Virus record (IMG/VR): IMGVR_UViG_3300014203_000016
Coordinates: 1 to 64,000 of that record
Origin: a virus
Lineage: Duplodnaviria > Caudoviricetes
Reading direction: 5' to 3' (one strand)
DNA: 64,000 bases
Both the position numbers and the translations under genes were made by a program. A model generated the notes under the pieces. That model had not been told where the DNA came from. It worked only from the letters and a program-made list of their open reading frames with translations, and ran no database searches. This document shows, in pieces, positions 39,159-49,613 of this stretch (positions within the stretch are counted from its first letter, which is position 1; the number at the start of each line of letters is the position of its first letter).

Positions 39159-40162
39159 CGTTTATCTTCGCAATAATTCGCTAAATTATTACCGTTCTTT
39201 TATGAACTGCTGCATGTTTCCATGCAGACGAGACTATATCTTCACCGCTCTAATTGAGCAGGCTCTCTGTTTCCATTTAATCCCTATGCTTTTGCAATTC
39301 TTCCTGATTACGGAAGACGGGAGCCGCTTGGCTGTACTCTACTCGGTTTGCCTTATCAAAATAAGACCTTCCCTTTTGATAGTCGTTGAACTTAACAACT
39401 TAGTTCTTTTAAGAGTTTGTCTCTCCACTGGATAGCTTCTTCCAGCTTCTTGAAGCTTTTCCGGTACTTCTTTTTGTTTCTTGAAATACCAACTTCGTAA
39501 AGACCATCTCTTTTGTCGTAGGATATATTTCTTAGTCCGGTCGTTTGGTTGTCGTACCGCTTATTGATGTTTTGAGTAGAACGATTTGCCCAGATGCAAT
39601 TTTCTTTGGAATATCCTGCATCGTTATCTATTCTTTCTATGCTTTGCATTGGAGGAGCTTCTCCCATATCTTGAAAGAAATTTTCGAACAACATCCATTC
39701 TTCTGAAATGCCAATCCCTCTTCCTCCGTAGTTGAAATAGCTTTCGCTTTTCGGATTGAGGCATCGTTGTTTCATTCCTACCCAAACATTATAAGTCCTT
39801 GTGTTTGCTTTTCCATGGCTTGTTATGTTGTTGAGAAAAATTTCTTTAGCAACACAACCACAAGAAGTGGTTTTTCCTAAACGAACCGAGGAGCCATTGA
39901 TTATTTTTTGACTCCCACATTTGCATTGGAATAACCAAAACGCCCCGCCCTTCCCCATGTGGGAAAAATTAATTGCGGTGAGTTTTCCAAACTGCTTTCC
40001 TACCATATCTTTTACTCGATAATCCATCATTATCACTCCTTCATAAGGAATATGATACCATAGACTACCGGGGAGAACTAGAGTTATTAAGCTGCTGATT
40101 GCCCTCGCCTTTACGTTAGGGGTTTCCAGCAATTAAGAAAGTTTATACTGACCAATAAGTCT
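39159..40162 (-). ncRNA. Group I self-splicing intron (1004 nt, IA-like) carrying an HNH endonuclease gene
   Basis: P1 exon CUGGCU pairs with GGUCAG, with U-G at the splice site. P element AAUUGCUGGAAA, Q AAUCAGCAG, R GUUCAACGACUA, S AAGAUAUAGUC (P7 GACUA/UAGUC). P9 CUGCAUG-GAAA-CAUGCAG. Terminal G at 39159. Confidence 0.93.
39392..40030 (-). CDS. Intron-encoded HNH homing endonuclease with a C-terminal AP2-like domain (212 aa)
   Basis: ATG 40030 with SD AAGGAG. WLFQCKCG...TTSCGC, YGGRGI, SIERIDNDAGYSKENCIWA...QNINKR. Lies in the P6a loop; lower GC than the exons. Confidence 0.9.
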   Translation of the reverse strand: MMDYRVKDMVGKQFGKLTAINFSHMGKGGAFWLFQCKCGSQKIINGSSVRLGKTTSCGCVAKEIFLNNITSHGKANTRTYNVWVGMKQRCLNPKSESYFNYGGRGIGISEEWMLFENFFQDMGEAPPMQSIERIDNDAGYSKENCIWANRSTQNINKRYDNQTTGLRNISYDKRDGLYEVGISRNKKKYRKSFKKLEEAIQWRDKLLKELSC

Positions 40163-43100
40163 AGCCAGGTCGGCATCGTATTCCGAATCGGATTGTAGTA
40201 ATCCTTGTTCGGGTCACGTGGCAAGTAACGCCGTCCGATTTCCGACAGGTCTCCGCCCAAACCACCGAGTTCATTTTCCCAGAACTTGTCGTTGTAATTG
40301 CTGAATCGGTCGGAGGATTCCAAGGTGGTGCCCCGGCCCGATTCCTCGAAGCCGAAAGCGGTCTTGGAAAGGAAACCGTACATACCGGCAAACTCGCCTG
40401 CGTTGTAGGTGATGTCCCGCATAACGCCGTTCGGATTGAACAGGCTCGCTTGATTAACGGCGCCATTCAGTCGCAACAGGACATTCGGGTCAGCCATCGT
40501 GCCGGCTTGGGATACTTGGTCACTCCGGTTGATGGTCTTGCCGTCTGTTAAGCGCGCATTCATCTGCCCCAATAAATATTGGGCAGAAGCACTGCCACTT
40601 CTGCCGACAGTACCGACTCCTGCGACGTTGCCTTCCCCATAGGTTTCCGTCAAAGCGGCAAGCTGGTCTTCCGGTACGGGCGTAACGGAACCGCCTCCGC
40701 CACCATTGCCGACTGCTGAGAAGATGCGTCCCAGGAATCCGCCCGGCATCGTGCCACCCGGCAGTTGTGGGATAACACCCGTGCTGTTCATCAAGCCGAT
40801 GGCCATCCGGTCACGTTCGGCGTTAAAGGTCATTTCATCGGCAATCAAAGCTTCTTCGTTCAGTTGGCCGTTTTCGTCCGTGAAGTTCACGTCGAAGACA
40901 TCGGAAGAAAGCGTCATGCTGCCGTTCGGCCCCATGTTGACGACGCCACCGGCATTCATGTTGATGTAAGCTGCACTCAAGCGTTCGTTATAGGAAGAAA
41001 GATAGGCTTCGTGTGATTCTTTCAGGTGACGGTTTGTCCGTTGCGGTTTGAGCACCCCGGACACGACTGTATCGATAGCCGGTCCGACCAATGGCACGTT
41101 CTGCAGTTCGGCAAAGCCACCGGTGACGGCATACGGACGGCTTTCTGCATGCTTGTCTTCGTAATGATAAGGGTCGGTGATGAAGTGTTTGATGGGTGCG
41201 AACGGATGCGTCAGTGTCGGCATCCAGTTATTGGCCCAGTATTCGTTCTCGGAACCGTACATGTTGTCAGAGAATTGGTAATCCGATTTCGCTTTCCGGT
41301 ACCAGTTGGCTTCGTAGCGGTCGATTTTGTTCCCCATCCAAGGCGAGTTGGAACCGATGTCCCAGAAACGGCCTTTGCGGATTGGGTCTTCGCCGGAGGT
41401 ATAGTATTTCTCTACATCTTCGGCTGTCCGGAAATCGGAGAACAGGCCGAAGGTAGCGAAGTTGAAGGCTTTGACCGGCGCAATCGCGCCAATCTGCTCG
41501 CCCCACGGCATGATTTTCTGCATGTCCCGGCCCCAGTTGTTGATGCCGGCGAATTCTTTCACGCGGTTTACGTCTTCGTGCATGTTGACGTACGTGTCGG
41601 CAGCCGCATCACTGGTCGCATCGCCGGTCATGCCGTCGAAGTAGACAGCTGTCTGGAAGGCGGCGTACGGCAAAACAATCCGGCGGGCCCATTGGTTGAA
41701 GAGAATTGATTGCGGGCTGTCTTTCAGGTGGTTCGGCAATCCCAATCCCAACTTCTGCAACGGCGTGTCCAAACGGTTGGCCAAGTGCCAAGGGATGACC
41801 GAAGCATCTGTGATGTTTCCGTGTCGGCCTGCGAACAGAGTCCCGCCTTGCTTGGACCAGTTAAAGATGCCTTCCGCCAGTCCAGCGGCATTGTTGAAGT
41901 CTTCATGATTGAAAGGCTGTTCTTCCCCTGCCTTTGACAGCGAGGCATTGATGGATTCCTGCAGTGTCGTATGTTTCTTGATGGGGGTGCGTTTGTTTGC
42001 CCCCAACAAATCGTCGCGTTTCTCGCCTGCGCCGGTGCCGTACCAAGGGTCTGTTTTGGCCAATGAATATTCCAGGTTGGACAGATTCTCTGGATTGTTT
42101 TTGTAGAAAGTCAGCCATTCGAGTTGGTTGTCATCGATATCCTTGACGCTGTTGCCTTTGGTTTTTGAATTGAAATAATCCATTTGCCCCAAGGCGCGCA
42201 GTTCGCCGATTTCCGCGCGGACATCATTCGGGAAGATGCCGGGGGTCGACAAGATGCTTTTGTTCAGGTCGATGCCTTTTTCGTCGGCCAACGCGATGCC
42301 GTATTCCTCAATCAGTTTGCGCAAATCATCGGAGGCTTTGACGCCGACCGTTTCGTTTTCCATGACATTGCCCATCTTGTCCGGCACATAAACATTCCGG
42401 CTCTTCAAGTAACGGGTGCGGTCCAGGAAGCCTTGCTGGTCGGGCATATAATCGCCAAAGAATTGCTGGCTGATTTCTCTTTCGAGATTGTTGCGAATGC
42501 GTTTTTGGGTCGTATCCAGCATCGTTTCCGGTTCGGAACGCAAACGAAAGCTTTCGCTGATGTTTTGGGCAATGCCCATCAGTCCGTCATCGGTCTTGAT
42601 ATCATAGAGGTCCATGTTTTTCAGGCTCATATTGGACTGGCGGTTAATCAGGTCGCCCAATACATCATAGACAGCTTCCTTGCTGTTCGGCGAAAGGTTC
42701 TTCGTCCGTCCGAACAGGTTGGCATAGGCCTGCTCAACGACATCTTCGGAACTGGACCAGCCTTGGTCGCTGCGTTTATAGATTTCCCCGACGATGTTTT
42801 CGGCATACAGCGGGTCATCGAATTTCGTGACTGCCCGTTTGATTTTACCGAAAACCGTTTCGCTTTCTTGCCCCAAGCCAAACAGCTGTTTGATGGCTCC
42901 CGGCTTATCGAAGTTTTCGATGTTGGTGCGGTCGGAAATGACATCGGCGTAATGCTTGTACATACCGCTCCGCAAGCTGACGCTGTCATAGTTTTCCCCT
43001 ACTAAATACTCGCCGCTCTTTTCGCGGAAAGCTCGGTAGGCATCGGCATCGGTCAGCCCGGACATCTCCTTGGAAATGCCGGTGTCGAAGATGTCGCCAT

Positions 43101-44613
43101 CCACATGCATGTAGGATTGGTTCAGTATCTTGGCGTAGGAAGTGGTGTTGCGGGATTCATCCACCCGGCGCAGGTTGTACTTGTCCTGGTCCATGAATGT
43201 GAAGAAGTCTTTGCCGTCTTCGTAGATTTCGAAGATGGTGGAATTGCGTTCTTTTGCCAATGTCCGTTTCGGCAGGAAATCGAGCGGGTTCATGTTCAGG
43301 AACGGGATTTGCCAGTTCTGTTGGAAATAATCGCCCATCTCGTTCGTCAGTTTGCCCATGCCCTGGACGTTGATGACCTCTCCGCTTTTGTTGTCGAGGA
43401 ACAGTTGGTTGGAGAAGACGTGCTGTTCTAAATCGGTGCGGTCCAAGCCCATTCTTTCGCCGGCCTGGATGTATTGCCGCGCGAACGGTTGGCTCTTTGT
43501 TTTCGAATTCAAACCGAGCGTATCTGCAGAAGAACTCGTCCGCAAAGGGGTGGAATAGCGGTCTTCAATCGTCCGGCCCTTGTTGTCTATCGAGCTTTTG
43601 ACCAAAAAAAGTTTGCCGTTGCGTTCTTCGGCGACGCCATCGCGGGCTTGTGCCATCGTGATTTGGGAATAGCCGTTTTCGGTCATCAGTTTCGTAAAGC
43701 TGTCGCTGTTCTTTTCGGCATGGGTCTTGCGTACCGATTCGAACAAGCCGATATCATACAACTGTTTATGCTGAGCATAGACATTGTCTTTGCTTGTGAC
43801 GGCCCCGCCGGCTTTTTTGGCTACGTATTTTGCCTCATCGACTTGTGCTTGCGTCTTGGTATAGCTTTCGAGCGACAAGTCCATCATGTTTCTGACGAAG
43901 GCTTTTTGGCTTTCTTCGTCGCGCGGATGGATGCCGAGATTGATGTTGCGTTTCGGATTGTAGTTGTATTCATCGAACAGTTTTTTGATGTTGACGTTGT
44001 ATTCATCAAAGATTTCCTTGCCGTTGGCATCGGTTGTCTTCCGCAACCCTTTGGCCGGGTCTTTCATGAGCCATTCGGCATTGTTCTCGAACATGCGGAT
44101 GACGTTGTCGAAGTTTTCCCCGAAGGCATCGCGGTAGGGGCCATCGGCACGGTTGGCGGCATTGCGCATGTTGATGATGGACGCGTCGCGTTTTGCCTTG
44201 CGGTGATTGCCCTTGTTGCGGTCGCCCAAGCGTTGTTGGCTTTGGTAGACATCGTCCAAGGCGTTGATTTCCAGACGCTTGCTCAGGTCTTTGTTGTAGG
44301 TGGCCAAGTTCCGGTTCAATTGGGCTTTGCGGCTGTCCGGATGCAAATAGGCGCGGGCAATGTTGCGCGGGCTAGCCTGTCCATATGTTTCCACGACAGC
44401 GCTGGAAAGGCTCTTCATTTCCCCGATTGTTCCCCGGAAACTGGCATTATTCGTTGCGCGGGATAAGTTCACCTTCCCTGATTTTAAAACGCCTGAGACC
44501 CCTTTAATCAGCTGATTTCGGTTTTTGTAGGCGGCATACCCAATCCCAAGACCGGCTGCCACTTGCAGGAAAGAAGGGCCTCTTCTCCCTTCTTCTTCTG
44601 TCCTATTTGCCAT
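40163..44613 (-). CDS. Exon 1 of the tape-measure-like giant protein
   Basis: The 1500-aa ORF follows the tail chaperones, the usual TMP position. Its last 16 codons are intron sequence. Confidence 0.75.
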
Positions 44614-44631
44614 AACGCACCTTCTTCTTTT

Positions 44632-45132
44632 TTATTCTTCGTTAAAGGTTAATGAAACACCTTCGAATTGTTGCAGCATCCAAGCCGCCTTTGTGTACAG
44701 TTCCAATTGGCGGGGCAAACTCATGCGTTCCAGTTCGTCCAGCGTGTATTCTGGGAAGCAACGCTTGGCGACGAGCGGAATCTGCAAGAGAAAGTTTGTG
44801 GCTAATTCTTCTGATTTTTGCGAAATGATGGTTTTCACGTCCGACGAACCATCTTCTTTCGGGGTGATTAACGATTCCTCCCGGACAAGCTGGCCTATCG
44901 TTGCCGTATAGCCTGCATAAATGCCTTCGTCCCAGTCTGCGATTTCCGGGTCCAATACGCACAGGCGGCAAATCATTTCATCCATTTCGAGCGTATCCTG
45001 GGCTTTATTTTTAATGTCCTGATATTCCAAATAGGTCAACAGTCGGTAAATAAATTCATTTCCGCTGATTTCAGTGTAATAAACATAACCATACGCATCT
45101 TTCCATTCAAGCAACAGTTGTTCCGGTGTCAT
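44632..45132 (-). CDS. Tail assembly chaperone-like protein 2 (166 aa)
   Basis: WKDAYGYVY...FIYRLL...ICRLCVLDP parallels the upstream chaperone. Confidence 0.7.
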   Translation of the reverse strand: MTPEQLLLEWKDAYGYVYYTEISGNEFIYRLLTYLEYQDIKNKAQDTLEMDEMICRLCVLDPEIADWDEGIYAGYTATIGQLVREESLITPKEDGSSDVKTIISQKSEELATNFLLQIPLVAKRCFPEYTLDELERMSLPRQLELYTKAAWMLQQFEGVSLTFNEE

Positions 45133-45153
45133 TGTTTTTCCTCTTTCCCATAT

Positions 45154-45190
45154 AAAAAGAGACGAGGCATTTCGCCCCGCCTCTCTTTTT
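45154..45190 (-). terminator. Intrinsic terminator between the two chaperone genes
   Basis: AAAAAGAGAGGCGGGGC-GAAAT-GCCTCGTCTCTTTTT hairpin with a U-tract. Confidence 0.7.
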
Positions 45191-45198
45191 TTCTATTT

Positions 45199-45642
45199 TT
45201 ATAACTTCATTGTCATCGGACGCAAGAATCCGGAACGTTCCATAATCAATTGGGACAACGTTGTCGGGATGCCGGCTTTGCCGAAAGTGATGCGGTGCAA
45301 AGCGTAATCTTCCGGCCACAAGACACAAGCGCGGCAGATGGATTCTTCCATGTAGTATTCGTCTTTCGCGCCTTCAATGCGTTGAATGTCGCGGAATTCT
45401 TTGCGTCGGATAGGTCTCCATAAAAAGATGGTGTCATCGAAATCGGACATGTAGATTTCGCCGTCATAGCGAGATTTCCAGTCTTCCAGTTGGTCATAGC
45501 TCGGACCGAACGGGAAGATTTCATCCGTTCCTTCGTGCGCCATTTCTTCTTCTTCGGTTTCGAATGCTTCTACTTCTTCCACCACTTCTTCTTCCAAAGT
45601 CGCGATTTGTCCTTCTTCTACTAATTCTTTTTTCTTTGCCAT
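45199..45642 (-). CDS. Tail assembly chaperone-like protein 1 (147 aa)
   Basis: Acidic N-terminus; WKSRYDGEIY...FLWRPIRRKEF...ICRACVLWP; position after the tube genes. Confidence 0.75.
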   Translation of the reverse strand: MAKKKELVEEGQIATLEEEVVEEVEAFETEEEEMAHEGTDEIFPFGPSYDQLEDWKSRYDGEIYMSDFDDTIFLWRPIRRKEFRDIQRIEGAKDEYYMEESICRACVLWPEDYALHRITFGKAGIPTTLSQLIMERSGFLRPMTMKL

Positions 45643-45670
45643 GGGTAAGGTTCCCTCTTTCTATTGTTGG

Positions 45671-46486
45671 TTATTTGAGTTCTTGCGCACCACCTTGCAG
45701 TTGTGAGTAAGAAGGGATAACGATGTCTTCAAAATCATAGCGGAAATTGTTCGATAGGCTGGCTTCGGTGATGTCCCCATCCAAATCGCGTGCGGTAAAA
45801 CTGTAGGTTGTTTGGATAACCGAACCATCATTGCCGATGGCTTGTTGTTCCCCGGTAATGTGCACGCCGATGATGCTACGGTACGTTTGGTAAAAACTGG
45901 TGCCATCGTGGATGTTTTTCATGCAACGGTCGAAGTCGGAGTAATTGGCGTCCGGACTGTAATCAATCAGGATGTTGAAGCCGTGTTCGCGCAGGGCATT
46001 GGTCTTCGTGCCTTGCTTGGAATAGAAATACGTGTCGTTTTCTTTTCCCAAATCCTGGTGAATCATCCCGTTTTCGGTAGGTGCGCCCCAGAAGGAACGT
46101 TTTAGGTCAGTGATGTAGTCTTCATACTTACGGTCCTTCACAAGCAAAAGGCGTTCAATCGTTTTTTCGGTATTGTACGTGGCCATTTCGCTCGTTACGA
46201 CTTCTGCGGAAGTATCGCTGTCTTCTCGATACCCCTCTACATCTGATGCTAATCTATCCAAAATGGTTTGTAAATAGCCATTTTCGGTAAAGTTCAATGT
46301 AAAGACGCCCCCAACGATGCGTTGCCCGCGGGCTACCCGGTCGAAAGTGTAAGAATGGAAGCCGTAAATCGGGGCAACCTGTTCGCTCAAGGAATATTGG
46401 ATATTGGCCAACTGCTCGATGTAGATACCGCCGAAGTAAACGCGGACGTTCGAACCGGAGAAATATTCTTTTTTTATGTTATCCAT
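45671..46486 (-). CDS. Tail tube paralogue 3 / tube initiator-like (271 aa)
   Basis: YFSGSNVRV...IQYSLSEQVAPIYG...RGQRIVGGVFT aligns with the tube motifs. Confidence 0.7.
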   Translation of the reverse strand: MDNIKKEYFSGSNVRVYFGGIYIEQLANIQYSLSEQVAPIYGFHSYTFDRVARGQRIVGGVFTLNFTENGYLQTILDRLASDVEGYREDSDTSAEVVTSEMATYNTEKTIERLLLVKDRKYEDYITDLKRSFWGAPTENGMIHQDLGKENDTYFYSKQGTKTNALREHGFNILIDYSPDANYSDFDRCMKNIHDGTSFYQTYRSIIGVHITGEQQAIGNDGSVIQTTYSFTARDLDGDITEASLSNNFRYDFEDIVIPSYSQLQGGAQELK

Positions 46487-46506
46487 GTAGGAGTCTTCCC
46501 CCTTTC

Positions 46507-47244
46507 TTAAGTGTTTTCAGCAAAGTCCGGCTTCATCAACATAATATCTTCTGCCAAATATTGCATGGTATTTTCGGTAATCATATCTTCGATGGACATA
46601 ACTTGTCCTTCGGAAGTAATATGCACACCGTAGATAAGCAGGAAGGCGCTCTGCCCATATTCGTTCGTGAAGGATATCTCCAAATCGAAAGGGGGCAATT
46701 CGTCGGCCAGCATCGGTTTGTTTAGGCAATCTGCGTTGTATTTAGCATAAGCACTATGCATGGCCGCAAGCAAGACATGTCGGTCAAAAACAGTAAAAAT
46801 AATCGAACCGGCAATCGTACGCTGCCCACGAACAAAACCTGCAGGCTTGGCACTGCCTAAATTGTAGACGGGCGACATCGGCCGAAAAATGCTATAGGTG
46901 ACCGTTTGCGCTGTACCGATAACGATAGGTTGTCCGCCCTTGAAGGCGATTGACACGGTCGTATCGGCACCAGAAAATGACGTGTACGTTCCGGAAAGCT
47001 CCTTGTTCTGCTGAAAGACGACGTGCTCACCCTTTTCATTCGAGATGCTTGACCGGATGCCGTTCCAGAAGTCCGATTCGGAAACGCGGGTTTGGACTTC
47101 CGCCAGAATGTCTGCAGAAGAGCCCGTCTCCAAAATGTTTGCGAGTACGGTTTCGATATTCGGGCTGTCATAAAGTGACGTATACAATTGGTCAATCAGG
47201 GCAGGGTTGGTCGCATCAAATAATTGGTCCAAGATTTCACTCAT
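46507..47244 (-). CDS. Tail tube paralogue 2 (245 aa)
   Basis: YTSFSGAD...RGQRTIAGSIIFTVFDR...DELPPFDLEISFTNEYG is very similar to the tube. Confidence 0.75.
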   Translation of the reverse strand: MSEILDQLFDATNPALIDQLYTSLYDSPNIETVLANILETGSSADILAEVQTRVSESDFWNGIRSSISNEKGEHVVFQQNKELSGTYTSFSGADTTVSIAFKGGQPIVIGTAQTVTYSIFRPMSPVYNLGSAKPAGFVRGQRTIAGSIIFTVFDRHVLLAAMHSAYAKYNADCLNKPMLADELPPFDLEISFTNEYGQSAFLLIYGVHITSEGQVMSIEDMITENTMQYLAEDIMLMKPDFAENT

Positions 47245-47262
47245 TTATTATTTCCTCCTAAC

Positions 47263-47288
47263 AAAAAAGGGAGCCACAGCGGGCCCCC
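47263..47288 (-). terminator. Intrinsic terminator after the tube gene
   Basis: GGGGGCC-loop-GGCTCCC followed by TTTTTT. Confidence 0.7.
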
Positions 47289-47315
47289 GATTCTATCCCT
47301 TTTTAAAAAGGTTTA

Positions 47316-47939
47316 TTAGTATGTGATAGTTGCGTTAGTTTGACCTTTAGTATGTTCTCGAGAGCCCATATCGTTAATGCCACGCGCAACAAACGTACAA
47401 GATTTTTGGGTAGTGATGTCGTCGATAGACATGCCCATACCCTCATTCAGAATCTCTACGCCGTAGATGCTCATAGTAGAAGCAAATCCGTATTCGTTCA
47501 AGAAACTGATAGTGATGTCAAAAGGCGGAATTTCATCAGAATATGTTGGTGTAGCGCCTTTTGTCCACTGTGCGAAATTCGCGTCCATCGATATATTGCT
47601 ATCGAGGTGAGCTGGTCTCGGCGCATCAGATTCTCCACCTTTGTAAGCAGAGTCATTGAATTGCTGACGGTAGACGATAGAACCGTCTTTGATAGCCTGC
47701 AAGGCATCGCGGTCCAAAACGGTGAAGACTAAAGAGCCTGCAATTCCGCGTTTGCCGCGAGAGAAAGAACGCGGGTTTGGGTTACCCATAGTGAAGATGG
47801 GTGCTTTTTCTCTGGTTACGCTGTATGTAATACTTTGTAATTCACCAACGACCATATTGCCGAAAGAAGCTTTGATGTCGGCTCCGGAGAATGAGGTATA
47901 CGTTTTAGTATACTCCGTAGTTGCAAAATTGTTTGCCAT
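47316..47939 (-). CDS. Major tail tube protein (207 aa)
   Basis: YTSFSGADI...RGKRGIAGSLVFTVLDR...DEIPPFDITISFLNEYG; directly follows the sheath; high-expression codon style. Confidence 0.85.
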   Translation of the reverse strand: MANNFATTEYTKTYTSFSGADIKASFGNMVVGELQSITYSVTREKAPIFTMGNPNPRSFSRGKRGIAGSLVFTVLDRDALQAIKDGSIVYRQQFNDSAYKGGESDAPRPAHLDSNISMDANFAQWTKGATPTYSDEIPPFDITISFLNEYGFASTMSIYGVEILNEGMGMSIDDITTQKSCTFVARGINDMGSREHTKGQTNATITY

Positions 47940-48022
47940 GCTGAATTCCTCCTATTTTTCTTAAACTGTTTTAATAAACGGCCAGCCGGGAATAGCCCCC
48001 GGCCAACCAATTATGTTAATGC

Positions 48023-49555
48023 TTAGAAGCTGTCAGGTGTAGACAAGCCGATAGTTACATCGATTGCACGCAATTCGAATTGTGGCAAGATAGTCATGTT
48101 TACAGTAGCTGCATCCAACGAGTTACCCAAAGTGATAGAGTAGCGTGCGTCTTGGATGATTCCTTTGTCGATAGCATCTTTGATAACTGCCTTGATGGAA
48201 GTATTCATTGAGTTATAGACAGGGAATTCGTTCGGCATACCGATGAAAGCGTCGCAAGATTCGCGGATGGCTTTGACCATATGGTTTGTGATACGCAAGG
48301 TAGACAAACGGGTGAAGTCGGATTTAATAACTTCATCTCCAACATACAAATCTGGTGCGGTTGTTACGCCGTCGACTACGATGATGCGGTTGTTCTTCGT
48401 ACGGAAGGTTACGTATTTGTTTCCAACCAATGCGTTCAATTGACGCAAGGAGAAGTTGTAGCGCAAGCCGTGAGCGGCAGGCAAGGTTTGGTTTGTTGAT
48501 GCAATTTGTGGTTGCAGTCCGTTCACCAAGCAAGCGTATTGTGTAACGCCGGATACCCATTGTGCGCGTAAGCTTCCTGGTACAGTGATGGCAACTTGTG
48601 GGCCAACAACAACTTGCAGATATTTAGAAATCTGGTTATTGCGGACAACCAATGCATCTACGTGTGCTTTGATGGCAGCCAAGGTTGTGTTTGCAGGAGC
48701 AGAAGTTGTTGCGTATGCGATGCAGTTTCCTACTTCTAAGCTTTGACGCTCAGCATAAGCAGCCAACATAACAGCCGGATTACCAACACCTTGAACGACA
48801 GCTGTGATAGCAGTCAAAGCCAAAGCGGTTAAGACGGCAGCGCCAGTGAAAGTAACAGCTGCGGTTGATTTCGCAACGACTTTGCCGGCAATCAATTCGA
48901 AAGTAATTCTTGCATCCGAACCAACAACGCTTAATGCTTGTGCCATTTCAATATTTAACAATGGGATAAGTTCCCCAATTGTTTTAGTCGCATCGATAGT
49001 TACGACCGCTGGTTCAGTGCCTGCAATTGTTGCAGTCAAAGTAACAGGAACGGTAACGGTCAAAGTAGCAGGAGCTGCAGTAGCAGTGAAAGTATTGAAT
49101 ACTTCTACGCCGGCCACGTCATTGATGTTAGAAACACCTTCGAAGTCGCCTGCGACAAGAGCAGGAACAACGTCGTCTGCGTATAGACCAGACAAAACAA
49201 CGTGAGAGATGCTCAAGTCAGCCATCAGGTTGAATAATTTGTCTTGCAGATTTACGAATTTTGCTTTCAAGTCAACACCAGCAAGAGCCAACAAGTAAAT
49301 GTTGCTTACGCCAGCTTCTTTAGCGGCTTTCCATTCAGCAGCAATCGGGTTCAATTCTCCCAAGTAGAAAAATCCACCGAAGTTGGCTTTCAGTTCTTCT
49401 TCTGTGGAAATGTAGACAGGCTCTTCAGGCAAAGTAAGATTTGTTTTTGCCTCTGCGATAATCAATAGGCTGTTTCCGGTTTTGTCAGATGAAACCAACA
49501 ATTGACCGTCTTTAACCGTCATGTTTACGCCAGGTAAATTAGGATAATTAGACAT
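48023..49555 (-). CDS. Tail sheath protein (510 aa)
   Basis: Starts YPNLPGVNMTVKDG. C-terminal LNALVGNKYVTF...DGVT...LSTLRI...PQFELRAIDVTI is typical of contractile sheaths. Confidence 0.9.
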   Translation of the reverse strand: MSNYPNLPGVNMTVKDGQLLVSSDKTGNSLLIIAEAKTNLTLPEEPVYISTEEELKANFGGFFYLGELNPIAAEWKAAKEAGVSNIYLLALAGVDLKAKFVNLQDKLFNLMADLSISHVVLSGLYADDVVPALVAGDFEGVSNINDVAGVEVFNTFTATAAPATLTVTVPVTLTATIAGTEPAVVTIDATKTIGELIPLLNIEMAQALSVVGSDARITFELIAGKVVAKSTAAVTFTGAAVLTALALTAITAVVQGVGNPAVMLAAYAERQSLEVGNCIAYATTSAPANTTLAAIKAHVDALVVRNNQISKYLQVVVGPQVAITVPGSLRAQWVSGVTQYACLVNGLQPQIASTNQTLPAAHGLRYNFSLRQLNALVGNKYVTFRTKNNRIIVVDGVTTAPDLYVGDEVIKSDFTRLSTLRITNHMVKAIRESCDAFIGMPNEFPVYNSMNTSIKAVIKDAIDKGIIQDARYSITLGNSLDAATVNMTILPQFELRAIDVTIGLSTPDSF

Positions 49556-49613
49556 GAATGTTTTTCCTCCTTGTGTTTTCTAGATGTATTGTTAATAAAA
49601 AGTTAATACCAGA

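Noticed and set aside
40031-40132. N-terminal 34 codons of the 246-aa HNH ORF, or a fusion with exon 1
   Set aside because: This stretch is intron core (P4-P6). The SD sits before ATG 40030, and the frame differs from exon 1.
44614-44634. In-frame read-through from chaperone 2 into the tape-measure-like gene
   Set aside because: The 18-nt spacer is in frame and stop-free, but this has about a 1-in-3 chance. UAA is a strong stop and the spacer contains the downstream SD.
45107-45328. 73-aa alternative frame as a G/GT frameshift product
   Set aside because: It ends at 45107 and does not join chaperone 2's frame; I identified no convincing slippery site.
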